Positions 37,786-48,910 of a DNA stretch of 64,000 bases are shown piece by piece. A model generated the notes under the pieces. The model saw only the letters and a program-made list of their open reading frames with translations, was not told where the DNA came from and did no database searches. The position numbers and the translations under genes are program-made. Position 1 is the stretch's first letter. The number at the start of each line of letters is the position of its first letter. Location: the NCBI GenBank assembly GCA_963767735.1, contig CAVYES010000005.1, positions 192,001-256,000 of the forward strand, read 5' to 3'. Source of the DNA: Candidatus Bathyarchaeota archaeon (GTDB lineage: Archaea > Thermoproteota > Bathyarchaeia > Bathyarchaeales > Bathycorpusculaceae).

Positions 37786-38955
37786 TTAATATCCCATCAA
37801 GCCGCAGCATCGGGAGCATATTGGAAAAACTCCGTTGTCGCAGCTTCTTAGGGCTCGTCTGAATTTGCGGTGTTTTTCATTATTGTATATTTCGAGGATA
37901 CTTGATTCCTTAATGTTTCCTGTAACAAAGTCTGGAAAGTCTCTACATGTAACGGTATCTCCATTTGGCATTACGTCTAACTGGAACCACGGTGAAACAC
38001 ATTTTTTGTATCCGAAGAAATTTTCAGGTTCAGTATAGTACGTTCGGATCTCCTCTGGTTTGAGGTCAGGCACAAACAGAATAGGCATTTTGGTTTTTCC
38101 AGATTTTATCTGTTGTACTTGCTCAGCAATTTTGCCTATGTTCAATTTTGTTGTGTCGCGAACGTAGCCTTTCCATGCAAAAGGTGTTATGCCTAACTTT
38201 TCTTCCGCTATTTTTGTGTGTTTTTGTCCTATCCACTCTTTTGTGAACCATGAGTAGTAAATCGTCATGCCGTCGGGGCTTAGTTTTTCTGCTTCTTTCA
38301 CTGTGTCAAGTAATGTGGATTCGTTGTTTTTGGAGATTGTTGTGATAATGAAGATGCCTGGTTTTGTCTTTTTTTTCTGTTTCTTTATCTTTTGGATCGC
38401 CAATATTCCTTTTTTGGCCGTATCTAATGCGCCTGGAACGCCTCGGCATTTGTCGTGAATTTCTCTCGGACCATCGAAGGAGACGCAAATCATATCCCAC
38501 CCGTTTTCAACTATGGTTTCAGCATTTCTCTCTAATCCGACCCCGTTTGTTACTACTTGAACGGTTAGTCCTTTTTGTTTCATGTAGTTAACTAGGGGGA
38601 CCAGTGGTTCGTAGAGGAAAGGTTCTCCGCCTGTTATGTAAACGTGAACTTTTTTTGGAGCAACTTCGTCTATTACTTTTTTGTAAATTTCAACTGGGAC
38701 TTCGCCGGTGACTTTTGGTGTATCGTCTCGTGCATTGTATCCGGCTTGTCCCCATTGTGCACAAATTGCGCATCTATGATTACAGCGATGCGTAATTCTT
38801 AAGCTCAGCAACCCAAGGGAAGAGCTGCTTCCATCCTCATTTCGGTAATCTAGTCTTGATTTAACAAGCCCCCTGTATGAAACTCTAGCGAAGCTCAATA
38901 AGAGCTCAGGGTTTCTGCACACCGGAGTAACAAACTGTGTTGGAATCCGTCTCAT
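37786..38955 (-). CDS. Radical SAM/SPASM protein
   Basis: CNHRCAIC, GGEP, C-terminal C..PW..G.TVTC..GNI..C..CC. Confidence 0.88.
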   Translation of the reverse strand: MRRIPTQFVTPVCRNPELLLSFARVSYRGLVKSRLDYRNEDGSSSSLGLLSLRITHRCNHRCAICAQWGQAGYNARDDTPKVTGEVPVEIYKKVIDEVAPKKVHVYITGGEPFLYEPLVPLVNYMKQKGLTVQVVTNGVGLERNAETIVENGWDMICVSFDGPREIHDKCRGVPGALDTAKKGILAIQKIKKQKKKTKPGIFIITTISKNNESTLLDTVKEAEKLSPDGMTIYYSWFTKEWIGQKHTKIAEEKLGITPFAWKGYVRDTTKLNIGKIAEQVQQIKSGKTKMPILFVPDLKPEEIRTYYTEPENFFGYKKCVSPWFQLDVMPNGDTVTCRDFPDFVTGNIKESSILEIYNNEKHRKFRRALRSCDNGVFPICSRCCGLMGY

Positions 38956-39352
38956 GAATACTACTCGTTTGCTCTATGCCTTAGACATATATATAATTTA
39001 AGTTTGCCGCATGTCCATCATTTTTGCCAGTTGTCCAGACGCAGAACAATGGTGCTTAGAAATCTCATAGCAATGCTGGCCCGATTTTCATGACCCCAGT
39101 GATTCAAAAAATTAAAGCCGCCTCCTTCAAATGTTCCAAAAGAAGAGACAGAGCGAAACAATGTGTTAAAATTTGTGCTTTCGCAAATTCAATAATTTGT
39201 GGAAACATAATTTCTGCGAATTTATCGAACGTTTTTTGGACAAATGTAATTTACGGCTGCCTTTTTTTAATGTTATACATAATTTTATTAACGATTGACA
39301 ACAGATAGGAAGTTGAGTTGTTAGATTACTCTTAAACAAGAAGGTATCTTGC

Positions 39353-39733
39353 TTGGATAATGAGAATGAAATATTGGAAGAGTTAAAGAAAATTAGAGAA
39401 GCTGTTGAAAAAGCCCCCACACCCGCACCGCCAAAAGGCATGTGGAACGAGTTCAAAGACTTTCTATCATCATACAAAGTTCTTGGCTTGGCTGTTGCTT
39501 TCGTCTTAGGTTTGTATCTTGGCGCCTTGGTTAAGGCGCTTGTAGCAGACTTCGTTATGCCGCTCTTAGGCTTAGCGATTCCAGGTTTGTCAAACTTAGC
39601 TACATATGCAGTTGCGGTTTCGAAGCAGTCGTTTGGCATCGGCGACTTCTTAATAGCTCTAATTACCTTCATCTTTGTGGCACTTGTCGTGTTCCTCATA
39701 GTGAAGGTAGCCAAAAGATGGAAAATAAACTAA
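39353..39733 (+). CDS. mscL: Large-conductance mechanosensitive channel family protein
   Basis: EFKDFL..VLGLAVAFVLG..LV.D.VMP..GDFL.ALITF. Confidence 0.85.
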   Translation: MDNENEILEELKKIREAVEKAPTPAPPKGMWNEFKDFLSSYKVLGLAVAFVLGLYLGALVKALVADFVMPLLGLAIPGLSNLATYAVAVSKQSFGIGDFLIALITFIFVALVVFLIVKVAKRWKIN

Positions 39734-39956
39734 ACCTTCCCTCCTTTCTTTTTTTAAGAAATTTTTTTTTAAAAAAAATAATAAGCTAAGTAACATTTTT
39801 ATCAAATAAAAAGATCAAAAAACACGTTTAGGTTATAGGTTGAGACGGCAAAATATATATTCTCAGAAACAAACGAAGACAGTAACTGAAGCAACCGAAA
39901 ATTCATTTAAAACAGAAAATAGAAAAACAAACGTCTCTCTTATTTGATGGTCTACG

Positions 39957-40514
39957 GTGATTGGTTTGGCGTTGGATTGTTTTCTTCCTGGAAAAACGAT
40001 TTTGATAGATGCTTCAGGTTGGGGCGATCTTTTGTTAGGCGTGGTGGTGGGCGCGCTGAAACCTCCGCACCCAATGGTGATGGAACGCCGAATTCCCACA
40101 TCTTCTTTTCAACCGCCGAACTTCAAGAACAAAAAATATTTAGACGATGCCGTAAAAATCGCCAACGAAATCGTTGAAGTAATGCAGCCCGACGCTGAAA
40201 CCTGTTTTAAAGTTTGTTCAGAATACGTCCTTTCCAACGTTTCTGTGTACTTACTAAGCTTAGGGTTCAAAGTTCAAAGGGTCGAATCCACCGGTGAACT
40301 TAAACAGTTGGTTGAAAGAGGCTATGTTAGATGGTGTATCGAAAAAGGGGTGCCTGAAGAAATGCTTAAAGACAAAAGGCGCTTCTGGAAATTTCTGGAC
40401 TGGGTCGCTGAAAAACCTCACTTGCGAGAAAGCCTGGTAAAGACAGGCTGGGCTAGCTGGGAACAAAAGTGGCGAGAAGAAATATTCAAAAAAACCTTAA
40501 ATCAACATAACTAA
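39957..40514 (+). CDS. Hypothetical protein
   Basis: 185-aa ORF (IDASGWGD..KTGW), family not recognised. Confidence 0.65.
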   Translation: MIGLALDCFLPGKTILIDASGWGDLLLGVVVGALKPPHPMVMERRIPTSSFQPPNFKNKKYLDDAVKIANEIVEVMQPDAETCFKVCSEYVLSNVSVYLLSLGFKVQRVESTGELKQLVERGYVRWCIEKGVPEEMLKDKRRFWKFLDWVAEKPHLRESLVKTGWASWEQKWREEIFKKTLNQHN

Positions 40515-41019
40515 ACTAATTTACCCAATTCTCTATAGCGTCAAAAATTTTAACACACATGCAGAATTAATTCGTGGGCGGCTTTAACTTTTTTATGGAT
40601 TAAAAAGAGCATGGCCTTCTTGAGTTAAGTTATTAAGAAGAACAGGTTGGGTCTGAGCCTTAAACATGTTCGCGGTCCATTGAGGCGATGTCTTTGTCGC
40701 TTCATGGTCTTTCACCGTTTTGACCACGCCGCTCATCTCCTCGCTGCAACAGTGCATGTCCAGCCCATCGAAGCAAAGTCTTTGACGCGCATCAATTTTC
40801 CGCTGTTTTAATTGATGCGCTCCCTGCCTCGACACATTGCGTCTAAAGCGTGCTCCCCGACCTGCAATAACTAATAGGCTGAGGTTTGATTTAACCTGTC
40901 TTGAACAAAAGCGCGGCAATAGCACAATTTTTTAAGCTGATAAAGACCTCCTTTCTATCTAAATTCTATTTCATCAACCGAAAACCGTCTTCAAGAGCCT
41001 GGGCGACCAGATTACATTT

Positions 41020-41057
41020 TTGACATAAACTACGCAATTTGACATGAACAACGCAAT
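41020..41057. repeat. 19-bp tandem repeat TTGACAT(A/G)AAC(T/A)ACGCAAT x2
   Basis: Seen directly; ~240 bp upstream of the MFS gene. Confidence 0.6.
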
Positions 41058-41299
41058 TTTTCTGAAACCTGAAAGCTCACACGATACTTCCAAACTGGGC
41101 GGTTTTGTTACAACCGTATCGCTTAGGAAGGGGGCCTAAATGCACGGCTGTTTTGATGTTGCAGCTTCCTCTGCTTTGAGTTTGCAAAAGTTAGAAGCCC
41201 GCCGAAAATGGCATTTTCAGTTGCATATGTTATGCGAAAACCGTTGACTTTGATTGATAAACTATTTATGGCACACCAGACACACTGGGTAAAACTTTA

Positions 41300-42988
41300 G
41301 TGAAAAAAATGGTTGAGTACAAGTGGGTTGCGCTTTCTAACACTACTCTTGGCACTTTGATGGCTTCTATAGACAGCACCATAGTCTTGATTGCGCTGCC
41401 CGCTATCTTTCGTGGAATCAACATCAATCCTTTCACATCTTTTCAGTATATGCTGTGGATACTGTTCGGATACAGCATCGTTACCGCTACGTTGCTTGTC
41501 ACTTTTGGCAGACTTTCAGACATGTTTGGGCGAGTAAGGCTCTACAACCTTGGGTTCCTAATCTTCACAGTTGGCTCAATACTGCTTTCAATAACCCCAA
41601 GCCAGGGCGACGCAGGTGCAATCGAGATTATAGTTTTCAGGGTAGTTCAAGGAATTGGCGGCGCGTTCTTGTTTGCAAACAGCGCTGCGATAATAACTGA
41701 CGCATTTCCCAGCAATGAACGGGGAAAAGCACTTGGGATTAACCAGATAGCTTTCCTCGCGGGCTCTATAATCGGCCTGATTATGGGAGGAATTCTGGCG
41801 ATTTATGACTGGAGACTAGTGTTTCTAGTGAGCGTTCCAGTTGGGGTAATAGGCACGGTTTGGTCGTACTTGAAGCTGAAAGAACGCGGAACCATTAGAA
41901 AAAACCAAAAATTGGATATCTGGGGAAACATCGCTTTTGGTGGGGGCTTAACATTGATTTTAGCGGGCGTTATCTATGGTTTGATACCGTATGGTGCCTC
42001 GGCTATGGGTTGGGGTAATCCATGGGTCATCGCCTCCCTCGCCGCCGGGGCGGGTCTTCTTGTTGCTTTTCCGTTTATCGAAAGCCACGTTGCTGATCCA
42101 ATGTTTAGGCTTGAATTGTTTAAGATAAAGGCGTTTAGAGCAGGTAACTTTGCTTCGCTTTTCAGTTCAATGTCAAGAGGCGGAGTTTTGATTATGCTTA
42201 TCATATTGCTTCAGGGCATTTGGCTTCCTCTCCACGGGTACAGCTTTGATTCCACGCCATTCTGGGCTGGCATGTTCATGATACCGATGTCCATAGGCTT
42301 TGTCTTAACAGGACCAATCAGCGGCTGGCTATCAGACCAACGTGGCGCAAGACTACTCGCCACTCTTGGGATGGTAATTTCAGCAGGTGCTTTCATAGGG
42401 TTCGTTTTGCTCCCAGTCAATTTTATCTACATAGCCTTTGCAGTTGTGCTTTTCATAATGGGCGTCGGAGGCGGCATCTTCGCTTCTCCCAACATGGCTT
42501 CCGTTATGAACTCAGTACCCGCAGAGCATAGAGGTGCGGCATCTGGAATGAGAGCAACCATACAGAATACTGCAATGACGATCAGTCAGGCTGTGTTTTT
42601 TACAATTATCATAGTTTCACTTAGCGCGAGTCTTCCTGGTGCATTATCGGCTGCAGTTACGAGTGCTGGCGCCACTTCGCAGCTTGCACATATCTTCAGT
42701 TCCACGCCTGCCTCAGGTGCTCTTTTCGCCTCATTTCTAGGTTACAACCCAGTTCTAACAATACTTCATACTCTACCTCAATCCTTAGTAAGCACCATAC
42801 CAAGCACAACAATGACTTATCTTACGGGATCAACCTTCTTCCCAAATGCAATTTCAGGTCCGTTCATGACTGCTCTTAGAGAGGCGTTCATAATCGGTGC
42901 TATAATGTGTGTTGTAGCTGCGATTTGCTCCGCGCTAAGAGGCGAAAAATACGTGCTCGAACAAAATAATCCCACAGAAAAAGCTTAA
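41300..42988 (+). CDS. MFS transporter (DHA2/EmrB-like)
   Basis: [30 protein letters not shown]; 14-TM size. Confidence 0.9.
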   Translation: MKKMVEYKWVALSNTTLGTLMASIDSTIVLIALPAIFRGININPFTSFQYMLWILFGYSIVTATLLVTFGRLSDMFGRVRLYNLGFLIFTVGSILLSITPSQGDAGAIEIIVFRVVQGIGGAFLFANSAAIITDAFPSNERGKALGINQIAFLAGSIIGLIMGGILAIYDWRLVFLVSVPVGVIGTVWSYLKLKERGTIRKNQKLDIWGNIAFGGGLTLILAGVIYGLIPYGASAMGWGNPWVIASLAAGAGLLVAFPFIESHVADPMFRLELFKIKAFRAGNFASLFSSMSRGGVLIMLIILLQGIWLPLHGYSFDSTPFWAGMFMIPMSIGFVLTGPISGWLSDQRGARLLATLGMVISAGAFIGFVLLPVNFIYIAFAVVLFIMGVGGGIFASPNMASVMNSVPAEHRGAASGMRATIQNTAMTISQAVFFTIIIVSLSASLPGALSAAVTSAGATSQLAHIFSSTPASGALFASFLGYNPVLTILHTLPQSLVSTIPSTTMTYLTGSTFFPNAISGPFMTALREAFIIGAIMCVVAAICSALRGEKYVLEQNNPTEKA

Positions 42989-43123
42989 ATCTTTCAAACT
43001 CAAAATTTTTTTCTGAAGTTTTACTTATAAATTAAGAAGCCGTGGATCTATCAAAGCGTTTAACTGAGTTATAAAAACTGGTTCCATAAATGTTTTTTAG
43101 GTGCTTTTTTCTTCAAAGAGTTT

Positions 43124-43552
43124 ATGCCAGCAGTAAAAGATATCATGACGAAGAATGTCGTTTCAGTCTGTGTTGAAAATAGCGTTTTTGAAGCGGCGGA
43201 GTTGATGAGTTCAAAACAGGTGAGTTGCTTGGTAATTATGGATGGGGAAATGCCTATTGGAATAGTTACTGAAAGGGATATCGTCAGAAGGGTTGTTGCG
43301 AAAAAAATGGCGCTAGAAACCAAGGTCTCTGAGATTATGTCCAAGTCTCTTATTACAGTTGATGCTGATGCTTCGCTTAAGGAGGCCGCTAGGCTAATGT
43401 CAAGCAACAAAATAAGAAGACTACCCGTATTGAAGCAGAACAGATTAGTTGGGATAGTTGTCGCTGCCGATTTTGTGCGAAATCTCGGAAAAAAATCGGC
43501 CTCTGAAGAAATACTGGAAGCCATGGGTCGCTACCCCTCAACTTTTCCATAA
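43124..43552 (+). CDS. CBS-pair protein
   Basis: VKDIMT..GIVTERD..V.EIMS..IRRLPV..LVGIV. Confidence 0.9.
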   Translation: MPAVKDIMTKNVVSVCVENSVFEAAELMSSKQVSCLVIMDGEMPIGIVTERDIVRRVVAKKMALETKVSEIMSKSLITVDADASLKEAARLMSSNKIRRLPVLKQNRLVGIVVAADFVRNLGKKSASEEILEAMGRYPSTFP

Positions 43553-43720
43553 AGATAGGGCAAATTAGAGCAAGAAAATCTGCGTTTTTGAATTCAACTG
43601 CATAAATTTTGCAGGTTACATGAAAGCAAACAAATGCCTTGCTTGTTTGGGGTAAGCATTGGGGAAAAACGTGGTTCCCTTCTGGGTCTAAGTCCAAATG
43701 TACAAAACATTTATAGATAG

Positions 43721-44557
43721 TCAGGTGGCGAGTGTTTCAGGCATGGTTTCAGGAGGATTTGTGGGGTTAGGCGTTTGGCGCATGTCGATTTTTTTAGGAA
43801 GGTAAATTACTGCAAATCCTATGCCCACAATTATCATCACGAATTGGGCAGCTTGGCCAATTTGTGTTGTTGTGGCTACTCCCAAGAAATCTGTAGCGTC
43901 GTATAAACCGTGAATGAGCGCGAGTACCAGTATGTTTCCTCCTGACCAATAGTAGGCGATGGACATGGCTAAACCGAAAGTTATTAAATCTATAAACGGC
44001 AGAACGCTGGCGACGCCGTATGTTGTGGCGTAATAAGCGTGGACAGAGGCAAACATTACACTTGAAACAGCCGCCAGAAGAATCCAGTATTTCCCTTTGG
44101 AGATGCTGAGTAGTCCCCCGTAGATGAAGCCGCGGAACAAGTACTCTTCAGCCGGACCCACCACAAGTATGGAGACGGGAATCATTAGCCACGCAACGTT
44201 AGACGGAACGTTGAGCACAGGATTCGGCTTGTTTAGCAGGTTTGCCGCGTGCGGGTCAAAATGCGTTATTACTGCTAAAGCAATGATAGAAAGAAAAAGG
44301 CCGATTACGGTTAAGACGCCGAATAGTCCTAAGCCGAATTTAGCGGCTTCCTTATTGTTTTTGCCAGCTCGATGAAGCAGTTGCTTGCCAAAGAGGAGGC
44401 TTACAACAAGAACGGGAATTCCGTAGACGACAAGATACCCTGTTATTGACCCATAACGTATGAAGTATTGCGAGTAGACGCATAGGAAGATAACTACTAC
44501 GCCTATGAAGTAGAATTTTTTGGGTAGAGAGTTTGTGGGCGACATCTTTGCATACAC
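43721..44557 (-). CDS. CPBP/Abi (CAAX) intramembrane metalloprotease
   Basis: EEYLFRG, FASVH, HGLYD. Confidence 0.88.
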   Translation of the reverse strand: MYAKMSPTNSLPKKFYFIGVVVIFLCVYSQYFIRYGSITGYLVVYGIPVLVVSLLFGKQLLHRAGKNNKEAAKFGLGLFGVLTVIGLFLSIIALAVITHFDPHAANLLNKPNPVLNVPSNVAWLMIPVSILVVGPAEEYLFRGFIYGGLLSISKGKYWILLAAVSSVMFASVHAYYATTYGVASVLPFIDLITFGLAMSIAYYWSGGNILVLALIHGLYDATDFLGVATTTQIGQAAQFVMIIVGIGFAVIYLPKKIDMRQTPNPTNPPETMPETLAT

Positions 44558-44882
44558 GCTAATACTAAATCAGAGGAGGGTTGCCAAATGTGGGTTTTGT
44601 CCTCTTTGTAAACCTTGCGTTTTTAGACTAAAAATCCAAGAGATCAAAAACTGATCTTTTAAGTTACAGCTTGAGAATCACGCGTAAAATGCTTCATCAA
44701 ATTAAACATTTTAATTCAAGTTTCATGAGAAACAGAGAAAAGTTTAGTTATCAAGAATGAAAAAACGGTGAAAAGCCAACCTTTAAACAAACTGATAGTT
44801 ATAGTTCTTCAAATTTAGGGACGAGGTTACCTCTAAACTAAGATGTATTTTTCTAGCTTTTCATTGTTTAAAGCAGCTATTC

Positions 44883-45005
44883 TTATTTCTTTCCTTTAGG
44901 AGGAAGCTGTTGTCGCATCTGTTTCTTTTTTGCATCCTTTTCTCGCTGAGCTTTCTTCTGCTGCTCAAGCTGCGTATTCTTCTTTTTCCTTTTCATCACA
45001 CTCAT
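44883..45005 (-). CDS. 40-aa Lys/Gln-rich basic protein (not in ORF track)
   Basis: MSVMKRKKKNTQLEQQKKAQREKDAKKKQMRQQLPPKGKK; GGGGTGA RBS. Confidence 0.6.
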   Translation of the reverse strand: MSVMKRKKKNTQLEQQKKAQREKDAKKKQMRQQLPPKGKK

Positions 45006-45665
45006 ATTGTCACCCCTAGCCAAGCAATCAAACGCATGCCGCATTCTAAAACATTCCCTTTCTGTAAGAGAATTAGGAAACTACGATTGAATCTTATTGA
45101 ATGACACAAGAACAACTAGACCCTTTTTCAGTCTAAAAGATTTTCTACAAGTAAACAATCAAAGAAAGTTACTTAACCCTCTTTGGATATTCCTTAGCTC
45201 AATTGGATTCTTAGAACTAAAACAGAAGAGAAAAAAATAGACACTTTTTTCATAAAAAATTATGTTTATAAAATCTGAATCTCGGACATTAAAACGAGAG
45301 AAATCGTTATGAGGTATTGATGACTTATACACTGGTGTACTTGGGGTTCCCTGAAGGATGGGAAATCTTGACGATTAAAACTTTGATTTGCGGATGCGTT
45401 TATGAAGAAAACGGTTGGATGCTGGTAAGAATAAAAGAATGCGAAAAGCATCATAAGCAGCGAACCAGAAAAAGAGAATACCGGCCAAAATCGGAATGTT
45501 GCAGAAACGATACGAGAGGTGAGTAAACCTAAGCAGTGACTCGTGAATGAACTTACCTGTAGTTCACTATTATATTGACTTAGCTATTATTATTTCACTG
45601 ATTCTACTGTTTAGCAATTAATAGTGTTTAATAGTGTTACTGACATGTATATAGTGTGAACACAT

Positions 45666-45968
45666 ATGTCTAAACTAGAAAAAAGTAGAAATAAACAAAT
45701 AGTGGCAAAAGCAACCCCAGTCAAAGAAATTCCTGAAGGAAGAAAAATCGCCAAGATCCCCGAGTATGATGCGGTTTTCAAGCAGATTATAGAGAGTCCT
45801 GAGAAGATGTTTAAGGTTGAGGTTGAGGGTAAAACGGTAAGATCACTCTACGCGCCGTTCTCATTCAGAGTTAAGTCCTACAACAAGATAACAGACAGAA
45901 AATTCAATGCCGCACTCAGAGTTCGCAACAAAGAAATTTATATTGTTAAATTGGACAAAAAAGAATAA
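45666..45968 (+). CDS. Hypothetical basic protein
   Basis: 100-aa ORF after an AT-rich promoter region. Confidence 0.6.
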   Translation: MSKLEKSRNKQIVAKATPVKEIPEGRKIAKIPEYDAVFKQIIESPEKMFKVEVEGKTVRSLYAPFSFRVKSYNKITDRKFNAALRVRNKEIYIVKLDKKE

Positions 45969-46018
45969 AGCACTCAACAACATTCTTTCTTTTCTGCAAG
46001 TTAGAGCAGATGTAACCT

Positions 46019-46810
46019 ATGTCTGAACATAAATCTGAATGGCCCGAATCTGGAGATCTCGTAATCGCCACCATGGAGAGCGTGATGGATTATGGAGCGT
46101 ACGCTAACCTAGATGAATACAATAAACGCGGGTTCCTTCATATCTCCGAAATTTCCAGCGCCAGAATAAGAAACGTCCACGACTATGTTCGTGAAAAACA
46201 AAAAATGGTTCTAAAAGTTCTCCATGTAAACCTTGAAAAAGGCCACATTGACTTATCCCTCAGACGCGTCACAAAACGCGAAAGAATTGAGAAAATCAAA
46301 GCTTGGAAACGAGACCGAAAAGGCGAAGTTCTTCTGCGTGCAGTCGCGGAAAAAGTAGGTTTGCCCGTACATGAAGTCTACCAGCAAGCAGGCGTTATTC
46401 TGGAAGAAAACGTTGGTTTATATGAAGGCTTCGAAAAAGCTCTCAAAGAAGGTGCAGAATCCCTAACTAAACTTGGAATCTCTGAAGATATCGCCAAAGC
46501 CTTCGTCCAAGTTGCGGAAGAACGTATCCATATCAAACTGGTTAAAGTTAGAGGTACGCTTGAAATTCGCTGCATGAAACCCAACGGCGTTAAATGCATC
46601 CAAGACGCAATCATCAACGCCAAGAAAGCACAAAAAGCTAAAGACGCTAAAATCGAATTTTGCGTCATCGCTGCTCCCAGATATAGTGTAGAAGTCTCTG
46701 CTGATAACTGGAAACGTGCCGAAGAGGTTCTCGACGAAGTAAGCCAAAGCGTAGTTACAAACATCACTAAAGCAGGCGGACATGGCTCCTTTAAACGGGA
46801 GAAGCAGTAG
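46019..46810 (+). CDS. eif2a: Translation initiation factor aIF2 alpha subunit
   Basis: WPESGDLVIAT, YGAY..LDEY..GFLHISEIS, KGHIDLSLRRV, AAPRY. Confidence 0.95.
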   Translation: MSEHKSEWPESGDLVIATMESVMDYGAYANLDEYNKRGFLHISEISSARIRNVHDYVREKQKMVLKVLHVNLEKGHIDLSLRRVTKRERIEKIKAWKRDRKGEVLLRAVAEKVGLPVHEVYQQAGVILEENVGLYEGFEKALKEGAESLTKLGISEDIAKAFVQVAEERIHIKLVKVRGTLEIRCMKPNGVKCIQDAIINAKKAQKAKDAKIEFCVIAAPRYSVEVSADNWKRAEEVLDEVSQSVVTNITKAGGHGSFKREKQ

Positions 46811-46818
46811 GTGAATAA

Positions 46819-47157
46819 ATGAGAGAACCAATTGACAAAGTAATTTGGGGTCACGTAGAAAAACTTGGCAAAGGCACCCGAGCAAACTATGAACCTGACA
46901 AAAAAACCATTACCTTCTGCTTCAAGAGAGGCGAAGAGACTTCAAGTGAGCAACTAAGAAAATTACGTGAGCAACTTATGGGTGAACTAAAACAGCTAGG
47001 CTACGCCAGCCACATGAAATACAACGGAGAAGTAATTGCAGAAAACATAGACGAACAGGATGTAGTTTTAACTAGAAAAAACCACCAGCTCTCAATTCAC
47101 CTAAACAAGAAGGGTTCTGGAGAGAAAGAAAAGGACGTTTCAGAGCAGCCGACTTAA
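46819..47157 (+). CDS. Hypothetical protein
   Basis: AGGTGA RBS, 112 aa, directly after eif2a. Confidence 0.65.
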   Translation: MREPIDKVIWGHVEKLGKGTRANYEPDKKTITFCFKRGEETSSEQLRKLREQLMGELKQLGYASHMKYNGEVIAENIDEQDVVLTRKNHQLSIHLNKKGSGEKEKDVSEQPT

Positions 47158-47242
47158 CTTTTCAAGCCTACGCATGCTTAATATGCAGCTTATTGTTTGG
47201 CTAAATGTAAGTTTAGACAAGAGTTTTCATTAACTGCAACCG

Positions 47243-48259
47243 GTGAACCATCTGTTAACCATAACTCAGTTGAGAAAGCACGAGGAAGGAAGATGGCAGT
47301 CCGATACTTTGGAGTCTCTTCCAGACAAGATCCGTGAAGATTCCGTGCTGTGGGTTGATGTGGAGGATCCCACGGATGATGAAGTTGACGCGATACAGAA
47401 GAATTTCAAGTTAGATGAACTGTGTCTGAAGGAATTAATGGCGGAAGGGCAGCGTTCAAATATTGAGGAACAAGAGAACCACTTAGTCTGCGTTCTTAAT
47501 TTTCCTAAAAGGGACGGCTTCGTTTCCGATGGAAAAATGGAAAGTCTCGCGCTGCTAGTGGGAAAAAAATGGATTATAACGGTCCACAAGGGTTACTCAG
47601 ATATCACATGCGCAGTTTACAAAAAAATCAGTACACACGGCTACTTCGCGCTCTCACTTTCGCCTTCAACAGACATTCTCTTGTACATATTCTTAGATTT
47701 AACCACAAATGAGTATTTTTTGATTTCCGATTCAATACACGAACGATTGCAGAATTTGACTAAAAAGGCGGGGGCACTCTTTAGGGAAAGGCCAAGACAG
47801 TTGGATACGAGCTTCGGATCAGAAATCTCCAAGTCAAGAGACCGAGTGTTGACCCTGAGGCAGTCCATAGGCCCAATGCGTGAAATAATGGGGAAAATAA
47901 CTAGAGGCGAGTTTGCCCTAGTTTCCAGCAATTCAATGTCCCGCTTTGAGGACCTATATGATAGGACAATCTCGCTGATTGAAGTGGTAGACAACCATCG
48001 TGAAGAAATTAGAGACATAACCGATACCCTGATCAACGTTCAAACCTTAACCACCAACAACATAGTCAGAGTCCTCACCATTATATCAGCGATTTTTCTT
48101 CCCTTAGCCTTGATTGCTGAAATATACGGAACCAACTTTGGAAAAGGTTTCCTTGTGCCTGGCAGCAGCAGCTCATATGGCTTCTACATTATGGTCACGA
48201 TAATGATAGGCGTAGCAGTAGCACTCATAGTGATTTTCAGGAGAAGAGGATGGCTATAA
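47243..48259 (+). CDS. corA: CorA-family Mg/Co transporter (GTN instead of GMN)
   Basis: WVDVEDP, IITVH, N..VRVLTIISAIFLP..IYGTNF, RRRGWL. Confidence 0.85.
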   Translation: MNHLLTITQLRKHEEGRWQSDTLESLPDKIREDSVLWVDVEDPTDDEVDAIQKNFKLDELCLKELMAEGQRSNIEEQENHLVCVLNFPKRDGFVSDGKMESLALLVGKKWIITVHKGYSDITCAVYKKISTHGYFALSLSPSTDILLYIFLDLTTNEYFLISDSIHERLQNLTKKAGALFRERPRQLDTSFGSEISKSRDRVLTLRQSIGPMREIMGKITRGEFALVSSNSMSRFEDLYDRTISLIEVVDNHREEIRDITDTLINVQTLTTNNIVRVLTIISAIFLPLALIAEIYGTNFGKGFLVPGSSSSYGFYIMVTIMIGVAVALIVIFRRRGWL

Positions 48260-48398
48260 AAAGCACGCTAAGGCTCAACATCAAATAATCTAAGGTTTTA
48301 AGTTACATATTGCGTTAAACAAGAGAAAAATGGCCCAAATCCAAAATAGGTAAGGCTTTTAAAGCAAACAGCATTTTATTCCAAAAGAAGGCAAAGCT

Positions 48399-48812
48399 TT
48401 GCGAAAACTCAATGCGGTCATAGTGGCTGGTGGTGCAATAGCGCTCGTTTTCGCCTGGCTCAACAACGTCTCTGTCCAGGCTGAGCTTATTCCAACAATA
48501 GTCAACGGCGAAATCATCGCCACTTCCATCGCGATAATATTCACCGGTGTATTCTTCACAATAGGCTACTCTCACAAACTAGTGGAGCTTCAGAAAAAGA
48601 AAGACCACACGTACTTTATTCTCGCTATACCAGGTTTGGCCTCACTTTTTGTTGTAAGTACTTTTCTATGTTTAATGACCAACAATTTCGACATAGCATT
48701 AAAGCTGAGCTTCACAGGTCTAATACTTGCTATCGGAACTTTCATGAGTCTAATAGGATTGCTTATCCAGCAACTAACTCCACAAAACTCGGAGTCAGTC
48801 GACCAACAATAA
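48399..48812 (+). CDS. Hypothetical membrane protein
   Basis: 4 hydrophobic segments. Confidence 0.55.
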   Translation: MRKLNAVIVAGGAIALVFAWLNNVSVQAELIPTIVNGEIIATSIAIIFTGVFFTIGYSHKLVELQKKKDHTYFILAIPGLASLFVVSTFLCLMTNNFDIALKLSFTGLILAIGTFMSLIGLLIQQLTPQNSESVDQQ

Positions 48813-48878
48813 AATCAGTTTAAGAAATAGTCAAAATGGATTAGTGCACATTTTCAAAGGGGCAAATTTTATAAGCAA

Positions 48879-48910
48879 ATATCGGTAATTCGATATCGGT
48901 AATTCGATAT
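48879..48910. promoter_or_regulatory. Tandem palindromic operator ATATCG-N6-CGATAT x2 overlapping the PadR start
   Basis: ATATCGGTAATTCG repeated exactly twice plus ATAT; TATA TTTTATAAG at 48867. Confidence 0.75.

Noticed and set aside
40593-40925. 110-aa ORF and the hairpin GCGCATCAATT/AATTGATGCGC
   Set aside because: No recognisable motif or RBS; an isolated hairpin with no context.
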